Part shown: in pieces, positions 57,603 to 64,000 of the stretch | Numbering within the stretch: the stretch's first letter is position 1 | Layout: each line of letters starts with the position of its first letter | The notes under the pieces: model-generated | The model's input: the letters and a program-made list of their open reading frames with translations, nothing else | Told to the model about the DNA's origin: nothing | Database searches by the model: none | Assembly: GCA_944358855.1 (NCBI GenBank) | Contig: CALVSC010000001.1 | Coordinates: forward strand, 2,385 to 66,384 | Direction: 5' to 3' | Origin: an uncultured Bacilli bacterium | GTDB lineage: Bacteria; Bacillota_I; Bacilli_A; RF39; UBA660 | Length of the DNA: 64,000 bases | Translations under genes and position numbers: made by a program

Positions 57603-58454
57603 CTATCCTATTATTTGGTTATATAATTCTTTTTTATATACTTTTACTGGTTGTGGTGTTTTAGTTTTTTGAATAATGGGAATTCCTCTTTCAAAGTTAT
57701 CGCTCCATTCTTCTCTTGGTACATTTCCTTGTACTTCTAAACTGTTATTGGTAAGTCCTAGTAAAAATAATATGTCCATTAGAGTGTCGTTAGCAGTCCA
57801 AATACTTCCGTCTTGTCTAATTCCTATATCAAAAAGTTTTATTCCTTCATCAATGCCTTTTACTTCTTGTATCATGGATATTATATCGGCTGCATGCTCT
57901 TTGGCTTTTTTAGCTTTGATTAAGCATGTTTGGTAAAGACTTGAAGGAAATAGGAAATCTTCATTTGGCATTTCTTCTGTAAAATCATTAGCCCAAAAAC
58001 ATATATCGCGATAAACAGATCTTACATTTCTTGCTGTTAATGGAGTTTTATTTAGTCTTGGGAAAACATGAAGACTGCGATCTCGACAATCTTCTTCATC
58101 TAAGATATAGAGTTCGTTTTTCTTATCCTCTTCTATTATTTTCTCAATAAATGGAAAAATGTCTTGTTGAATGATGTTTATGTCTTTTTCATTTATTGGC
58201 ATATTGGTCATTTTTCTTATCAGTTCTATTAGTTTATTATTTCTTACAATATCAAGAAGAACAGATGCATCTTTTTCTTGCTCATAGAGGATAATGGCAA
58301 AAGTAAACATTTCTTCTGGGAATTGATGAAAACAAGTTGTTAAAAGCTTTTCTTCTCCCTGGGTATAAATACAGTTTGCGTTATTTAACCATATAGATAA
58401 AAGTTGTGTTTCTGTTACTTTTTCAAGTGGTAATATTTTTTTCATAGTTTTCAC
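57603..58454 (-). CDS. hypothetical protein
   Basis: 283-aa ORF with no recognised motif. Confidence 0.45.
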   Translation of the reverse strand: MKTMKKILPLEKVTETQLLSIWLNNANCIYTQGEEKLLTTCFHQFPEEMFTFAIILYEQEKDASVLLDIVRNNKLIELIRKMTNMPINEKDINIIQQDIFPFIEKIIEEDKKNELYILDEEDCRDRSLHVFPRLNKTPLTARNVRSVYRDICFWANDFTEEMPNEDFLFPSSLYQTCLIKAKKAKEHAADIISMIQEVKGIDEGIKLFDIGIRQDGSIWTANDTLMDILFLLGLTNNSLEVQGNVPREEWSDNFERGIPIIQKTKTPQPVKVYKKELYNQIIG

Positions 58455-58509
58455 TTCCGGTACTTTTATTGTAACGTATTTTTTATAAATGTAAAGAAAA
58501 AAGAGAGAA

Positions 58510-58893
58510 TTATCTCTCTTCTGTAATTACGATGATATGTTTTCCTACTTTACCAAGTATTGGAATGTTCTTATTACTTCCTTTGGTTTTTTCTCCTGTT
58601 GCGGTATCAGGTACATCTACACTTGTTCCAGTATCTGGTGTTGCAACATTTTCTGTTTCAGAAGTAGAAGCAGGTGTTTGTTGTTCTTCTGTTGTTGACT
58701 CTTCTGTTTGGTTATCTTCTCCGGCTGTTGGCTCTAATACTTCTACAGCTGGTTTATTTTCTTTTTGTTCTGTTTGAGAATTATCTACTTTTGTCTTGTC
58801 TGGTTCTGTAAATTTATTTACAACTGATATTAATAATAAACCTCCAGCAATGATTAATACTAATATAACGATATATCTAATATAGTTTCTCAT
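58510..58893 (-). CDS. membrane-anchored protein with T/E/P-rich low-complexity linker
   Basis: N-terminal TM helix, acidic Thr/Glu/Pro-rich region, and a short hydrophobic C-terminus. Confidence 0.4.
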   Translation of the reverse strand: MRNYIRYIVILVLIIAGGLLLISVVNKFTEPDKTKVDNSQTEQKENKPAVEVLEPTAGEDNQTEESTTEEQQTPASTSETENVATPDTGTSVDVPDTATGEKTKGSNKNIPILGKVGKHIIVITEER

Positions 58894-58954
58894 ACTTCCA
58901 CCTCTTTTTCCCCTCTATTATACTTATTTTTTTTATTTTTGCAAGGGATTTTCT

Positions 58955-59530
58955 TTATTTTCCTCCTCTTAATGTTCTTAAGCTATCTTTCATACTGATA
59001 CGATAGGATTTTCCTTGTTGTTGTTCTCTTGTTTTTGGTATTTCTATTTTTTGTCTTACTTCCTCTTCTAAAGTGGGACTTATTGCTTCTGGGTCGTCTT
59101 TTGCTAAGGCAATCAATTCTTGTGTTACATCAAAACAACTGATTAGGGCTGTTTCTAGTCTAATAATATCTGTACCTCTTATAAAGATGCCATCTAAATC
59201 GTCCCAGGGTAAATAAGTTGGTAAAATATCGCTTTCTTCTAGTAATCTTTCCATTTTTTCGTCTTGTTCTTCTTGCTTTGGTACAGGATATCTTGAAGGG
59301 TAATTCGCTATATAAGATACTAATTGACAGTAATCTTGGCCTTTTGTTCTAGCGAGATGAAGAGCATTTTTTACGATACTATTATCACTTATACCGTTCT
59401 TTTTACCTTCTTTTTCACAGTTTGCAAAATATTCTTCTAATTGACCTATATAAGGAATTTCTTTTGTTATTGCACTATTATTGTATATCATAAAATCTTC
59501 TACTATCATACTACACCTCTTTATTAACAT
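58955..59530 (-). CDS. hypothetical protein
   Basis: 191-aa ORF with no recognised motif. Confidence 0.4.
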   Translation of the reverse strand: MLIKRCSMIVEDFMIYNNSAITKEIPYIGQLEEYFANCEKEGKKNGISDNSIVKNALHLARTKGQDYCQLVSYIANYPSRYPVPKQEEQDEKMERLLEESDILPTYLPWDDLDGIFIRGTDIIRLETALISCFDVTQELIALAKDDPEAISPTLEEEVRQKIEIPKTREQQQGKSYRISMKDSLRTLRGGK

Positions 59531-59563
59531 ACTCTATATTTTTATTTTTGGCAAGAAAAGAGC

Positions 59564-60589
59564 CTAATGAGACTTAGACTCTTTTATGCTTTTGATTATT
59601 TTTTTGGCTGGGCGTTCTTTCTTTAACGTTTCTAGTCTTTCTTTTAGTTCTTCTGTTGACATAGAAAATAGTGGTTCTGGATCTTCTTCTCCTAGATTGG
59701 AGCAAGCATATATTAAGGATATAGGATAAATTGCTTCATTACCTTGTCCAAGAGAGTCACTTTCTAGGGCTGCATATGCCTCTGTTCTAATTGCGTTCAT
59801 TAATGTTAGTAGACGACTTCCATTTTTTTCTTGAAATCTTTTAACAATTGCTTTTGCTGTTTTAGTATCTACTACTTGTTCAATATTAAATAAACTATAA
59901 GGGTCATTATTATTTTCTCCATAGAAAAGATTGTTTAAGCAAATAAGAATTTCATGTCCTACTAGTCTTGCTTCTACTCTTTCTTCAATACTATTGGCTT
60001 TTGTCTTACCACAGGCGATACTATATGGTAGGACTTTTTCTACTACGCTTCTAGCATTTCCTGATTTGGTTGCGGCATATTTATTTTCAAAGTTTATAAA
60101 ATCTAAGTCTTTTAGACAAGATAACATATTTAGGGTATTTGGTATTGCTTCATCTATAAAGCCAAATCGATCCTGAGTCTTTAACATCGCATAAAGAATT
60201 CTATTTAGGTCTTCTCTTCTATCTTTTACTTGATGTGTTTTTACGGCCTTTATTATTTTTTCTATCTCTTCTTTTGTTAAAAGCCTATACGTCTTTCTAG
60301 TACTTGGATTATCTTCTTTTTCGTGTATCTTAGGTATTTTTTTACTTCTTAAAATAGTATCTTCTAATGGTTCAATAAAGTATCCTTGGTTATCTGCTCT
60401 AGAATTTATGATATATCCAATATATATTAATTTTACAAACATCAAATAATAGTCTCTTTTGGTTTTTAACATACTATCTAGTTTTTTAAAGTAATCTTCT
60501 GCAAGTAGATGATTATCTATTGCATATTTTTTTAATTGTTCTGGAGTTGGTAATTTTAAAATATTATCCAGATATTGTTTCAAATTCAT
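59564..60589 (-). CDS. hypothetical protein
   Basis: 341-aa ORF with no recognised motif. Confidence 0.45.
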   Translation of the reverse strand: MNLKQYLDNILKLPTPEQLKKYAIDNHLLAEDYFKKLDSMLKTKRDYYLMFVKLIYIGYIINSRADNQGYFIEPLEDTILRSKKIPKIHEKEDNPSTRKTYRLLTKEEIEKIIKAVKTHQVKDRREDLNRILYAMLKTQDRFGFIDEAIPNTLNMLSCLKDLDFINFENKYAATKSGNARSVVEKVLPYSIACGKTKANSIEERVEARLVGHEILICLNNLFYGENNNDPYSLFNIEQVVDTKTAKAIVKRFQEKNGSRLLTLMNAIRTEAYAALESDSLGQGNEAIYPISLIYACSNLGEEDPEPLFSMSTEELKERLETLKKERPAKKIIKSIKESKSH

Positions 60590-60642
60590 GTTATTTTCCT
60601 CTTCATTCTAACGGTTTTTGTGATTACTATAGCACCAGGTTA

Positions 60643-61587
60643 TTACCTTGTCAATTTTTTTGAATTACTTTGTTTTCTTTCTTCAGAACTTAAATATTCT
60701 TCTAAAGTTTTTGGCGATGTTCCGCCAGATAAAGCGTGACTATTTTTCAATATATTGTCTAGTGTTGATAGTAAATGTTTTATTTCTCTTTCATTTTCTT
60801 CTAGTTGTTGTTCTGTTTTTCTTTCTTTTAAGGATAGATATTCTGGTATTTGACATTCTTCTTCATTCATTCTTGTGTTAGTAGGCATCTTGGAAAAGTC
60901 TCCTCCTAGGTCGTAAATATCTATTTTTTTATTAACATAAGAAAAGTTCCTTTTGGCAACTAAAGAATAATAAGTACCTCTTCTTGTCTTTATTACATAA
61001 GTAGGATTTTCTATACTTACTTGTATTGTATCTTTTTGCTCTACGACATCATATAGTCTATCTGTAAAAATATTTTCTTCGTAGGGATCTTTTCCTTTTG
61101 GAAAAGTATTTGGTGTTGGAGCAAGATAGTTTAGAGTATAATTTTTTGTAGGTCGTGATCTTACTATAACAGCAATTGTTGTGAAGGGTATCTTTTTTAT
61201 AAGAGTAATATTTTTTAACACTTGTTCTAAGTAGTCTATTTTTTCTTCTTTTATTTTTCCTTTGGTTTTTGATAATAAGTCTTTTATAATATCAAAATAC
61301 ATTTCATTGTTATTATAGAAGTCTTTGGCATTTTCTTCTTGTGACAGACTTTTTAAATAGTTTAGTATTTTTTGATATTTTTCTCTTAATTGTTTTTGTT
61401 CTGGTGTTAAACTTTTATCATCCGCAAAGATTAAAGGCCTTAATTCTTTTCCTTCTATCTCCTCTAAGAAACTTTCTGTTTCTTCTATATTTTCTTTTGT
61501 AAAAGCAATCAGGTCTTCTAAGAAGATATCACAGGGATCTATTTCATATCTTTCTTCTCTTTTTCTTTCTTTTTTTCTTTTTTTCAT
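60643..61587 (-). CDS. hypothetical protein with K/R/E-rich N-terminus
   Basis: 314-aa ORF with no recognised motif. Confidence 0.45.
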   Translation of the reverse strand: MKKRKKERKREERYEIDPCDIFLEDLIAFTKENIEETESFLEEIEGKELRPLIFADDKSLTPEQKQLREKYQKILNYLKSLSQEENAKDFYNNNEMYFDIIKDLLSKTKGKIKEEKIDYLEQVLKNITLIKKIPFTTIAVIVRSRPTKNYTLNYLAPTPNTFPKGKDPYEENIFTDRLYDVVEQKDTIQVSIENPTYVIKTRRGTYYSLVAKRNFSYVNKKIDIYDLGGDFSKMPTNTRMNEEECQIPEYLSLKERKTEQQLEENEREIKHLLSTLDNILKNSHALSGGTSPKTLEEYLSSEERKQSNSKKLTR

Positions 61588-61596
61588 GTTTTTTAC

Positions 61597-61923
61597 CTAC
61601 TTATTACTATATATTTCTATTTTATAGTTTAAGAAGTTTAATGTTTCTTCTTTTTCTTTTATTTCTTTTAATAATTCTTCTTTTTGGTTTAATAACATTT
61701 CTAATCTTTTCGTTTTATCTTCTTTCATATACTCTATAATATCTTCTAATTTAAACCCTGATTTTTTCATACATAGAATAAAATGAATAGTATTTAAGTC
61801 TTCTTCTGTATAGTTTCTTATTCCATGTTTCTTCTCAATATTTTTTAATAGGCCAATTTTTTCATAATAACGAAGGGTGGCACTAGATAACTTGTATTTT
61901 TTACTTACTTCACTAATTTTCAT
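61597..61923 (-). CDS. MerR-family transcriptional regulator
   Basis: MKISEVSKKYKLSSATLRYYEKIGLL HTH and a C-terminal coiled-coil. Start moved to the internal ATG. Confidence 0.7.
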   Translation of the reverse strand: MKISEVSKKYKLSSATLRYYEKIGLLKNIEKKHGIRNYTEEDLNTIHFILCMKKSGFKLEDIIEYMKEDKTKRLEMLLNQKEELLKEIKEKEETLNFLNYKIEIYSNK

Positions 61924-62395
61924 GTTTTGTCTCCTTATTATTACTTTCATAAATAATTGCTTCATATAGTAAGTCTACTAAATGATTACTTGGTGCAAGA
62001 TTATATTTTTTCATTATTTTGTTGAACACATCATAGGAGTGTTCCATATTTAGATATGGATAAATTAATTCTTTTTTGTTATCTAAATCTTTTAAATAAT
62101 CTAGGGTATAACTATCTTCTATTAATAATAATGGATAGTCTTTAGACCAGGATTTAAATTTTTCTGGTATAAAGTTTGGATTGTCTACATACGTAAAAGA
62201 TGATTTATCGTATTGTATTACTTCTCTTAAGTCTTTGTTTTCAATTAATTCATCTTTTAGTCGATAATCAAATCTATCTTTAAGTTTTAATCCTTCTAAT
62301 TTTAAGGCTGATATTTGAGCAATCATTCCTTTATCAGCATTAGAATGAGTTGGTATTATTTCTACAATTATATAGTTGTCTTTTTCTAAATTCAT
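61913..62395 (-). CDS. hypothetical protein, possibly a degenerate DnaQ-like (DEDD) exonuclease-fold domain
   Basis: IVEIIPTHS (Exo I-like, with D replaced), LLLIEDSYTLDYL (Exo II-like) and HSYDVF (Exo III-like). Resemblance is weak. Confidence 0.3.
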   Translation of the reverse strand: MNLEKDNYIIVEIIPTHSNADKGMIAQISALKLEGLKLKDRFDYRLKDELIENKDLREVIQYDKSSFTYVDNPNFIPEKFKSWSKDYPLLLIEDSYTLDYLKDLDNKKELIYPYLNMEHSYDVFNKIMKKYNLAPSNHLVDLLYEAIIYESNNKETKHEN

Positions 62396-62443
62396 GTTTT
62401 CACCTCGCTTTTATTATAGCACAAAGCATGAGAAAGAGGAGTT

Positions 62444-63400
62444 TTAGTTCCTCTTTAGAGTTAATACCATTCTTTTTGCTTCAGCAATGTCTCCTCTTGA
62501 AATTCCGGGGTTTAATTTTAAAGGTATTCTTGGCTCTTTTGGCTTTGATATGGTTTGCGAAAGATGTTTTAATTGTTCAAGAGTATATTTATTAATAGGA
62601 AGGTCAATAATATCTACTCTATAATTATCTGGGCTTATAAAATTAACTCCATGATATTGTAGTGTCATGTCATCTCCCTTGGATTTTAATATTATTGCTT
62701 TGCCACCTTTTACTGGATAATTAAATTTCATACCCTCTAATCTTGGAATGCTTTGTTCTACAAAATCTAAAAATAGTGGAGGCTCTGATAAGTTCCAACC
62801 AATTGCTGATGAAACGTTTTCATCTATGCAAGATCTTAATTCACCCATGTTTTTGGCAAGTTGGGAAGAAATAGAAGCACAAATTCTCTCCTCACTTGGT
62901 AGAGGACGTTTTATTCCAACATCGATAGAATCATCATCTAAATATACAATATATTTTTTCTCCTCACCATTTGACTGGGAATTAAACATCTCCTCTACTT
63001 CTTCTCTATTAGCATAAACTTTTCTTAAATTACCTCTTAAGATTGTATTAATAATTAAAGCATCATTATTATCTTTAATCGCAAAGCTTTCAAAAATTCT
63101 ATTATCACCAATTCCAATATATGGTTCTTCAAAATTTAATAATTGGTTTGTATGATTGATTCTACCTGAGAATCCATCTCTAGAATAATGTGTTGGAATA
63201 TTTGAGTATGGAAATTGTTTTCTTCTTTCATCAGACATATATTGATTAGTGGAAATGTGGGATCCATCTCTATGTGAATAAACGATACCATCTGAATTTA
63301 TAATAGCAAGAGATGTTCTATAAGGAACCATTATTTGAACGCAATCCTCTCCAACATAATGACTTGCTATTCTTTGGACCACTTCTTCTGTATTTTTCAC
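62444..63400 (-). CDS. hypothetical protein
   Basis: 318-aa ORF with no recognised motif. Confidence 0.45.
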   Translation of the reverse strand: MKNTEEVVQRIASHYVGEDCVQIMVPYRTSLAIINSDGIVYSHRDGSHISTNQYMSDERRKQFPYSNIPTHYSRDGFSGRINHTNQLLNFEEPYIGIGDNRIFESFAIKDNNDALIINTILRGNLRKVYANREEVEEMFNSQSNGEEKKYIVYLDDDSIDVGIKRPLPSEERICASISSQLAKNMGELRSCIDENVSSAIGWNLSEPPLFLDFVEQSIPRLEGMKFNYPVKGGKAIILKSKGDDMTLQYHGVNFISPDNYRVDIIDLPINKYTLEQLKHLSQTISKPKEPRIPLKLNPGISRGDIAEAKRMVLTLKRN

Positions 63401-63483
63401 TTATGTAATCACTCCTTAATTACCTAGTATTATAGCATAGATTATAAAAATTAATATTTATTTTTTATGGTCATTTTTTCATA

Positions 63484-63508
63484 ATAAAAACCGTTATAAA
63501 CGGTTTAT
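63484..63508. terminator. intrinsic terminator hairpin
   Basis: aaaccgtt-ataa-acggttt perfect 8-bp stem, flanked by an A-run. Confidence 0.5.
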
Positions 63509-63546
63509 TACATAAATGGTGTCCCCTGGCAGAGTTGGACTATCAA

Positions 63547-63900
63547 CTATTGCTTAATATGTTCTATGATATATAATATTTTTTTTCCATCTCTGCCAAC
63601 TTCAATACCATTGTTTTTAAAAATAATTCTTTGCATTTTATAATTATCAAATGAAACAGAGCACATAACTGTATCATTAACTTTTGACAATAATAATTTA
63701 AATATAATACTACCATATCCTTTATTTTGATATTTTTTAGCAATTGCCAAAAATAATCTATCGTTTACTTTCTGTCGTATAATCGCATACCCTATTTTTA
63801 TATCATTTAAATAACACTCATATAATTGATCTTCTTTAACTAACTTAAATTTTTGTATTAAATCATCGGTTATTTCATTTACTTTAATTAAATCTATCAT
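63547..63900 (-). CDS. GNAT-family N-acetyltransferase (small)
   Basis: Acetyl-CoA-binding motif LAIAKKYQNKGYGSIIF (Q/R-x-x-G-x-G). Confidence 0.6.
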   Translation of the reverse strand: MIDLIKVNEITDDLIQKFKLVKEDQLYECYLNDIKIGYAIIRQKVNDRLFLAIAKKYQNKGYGSIIFKLLLSKVNDTVMCSVSFDNYKMQRIIFKNNGIEVGRDGKKILYIIEHIKQ

Positions 63901-64000
63901 AATTTAATACCTTCCTTACTCTTTGAATCGAATTTACTTACTACATCAGGTATGTATGTATCTACAAAACTGTGAAATGAATCAAGCGTATTATAATAGC

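Overview
This 64-kb window comes from a low-GC (roughly 28-30%), standard-code chromosome of an endospore-forming Firmicute. SpoIVB, a SpoIIM-like protein and a GerA-family receptor are present, and TGA is used as a stop codon (for example at the end of xerD). The left ~31 kb is conserved housekeeping: the 3' end of alaS, holA, rarA, xerD, deoB, mnmA, spoIVB, xseAB, nusB, mutS, murC, queH, zupT, a heterodimeric ABC exporter with a MarR regulator, a GH13 enzyme and rlmD. Predominant gene orientation switches from + (left of ~7.8 kb) to - (right of ~8.3 kb). At the convergence point an extremely AT-rich gap carries a 28-bp XerCD dif site (8328..8355), 24/28 identical to the Bacillus dif, 2.7 kb from xerD. 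This places the window at the replication terminus. The right half looks accessory. It contains two adjacent tRNA genes (Thr-GGU, Arg-CCG) and a six-member family of tandem paralogous ~290-310-aa proteins of unknown function, split across the tRNAs. It also holds a compact cluster with two genes that fuse an Arr/KptA-like ADP-ribosyltransferase-fold domain to a P-loop small-molecule kinase, with an APH-like kinase between them. Further right are an Aas-like lipid re-acylation set (PlsC, acyl-CoA ligase, PlsC, esterase), murI, an ADP-ribosylglycohydrolase + CinA-C pair, and a 7-kb run of orphan genes ending with MerR and GNAT genes. No CRISPR arrays, transposases, phage integrases or rRNA genes were seen. 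All calls rest on reading the translations and sequence motifs by eye. No database search was run.
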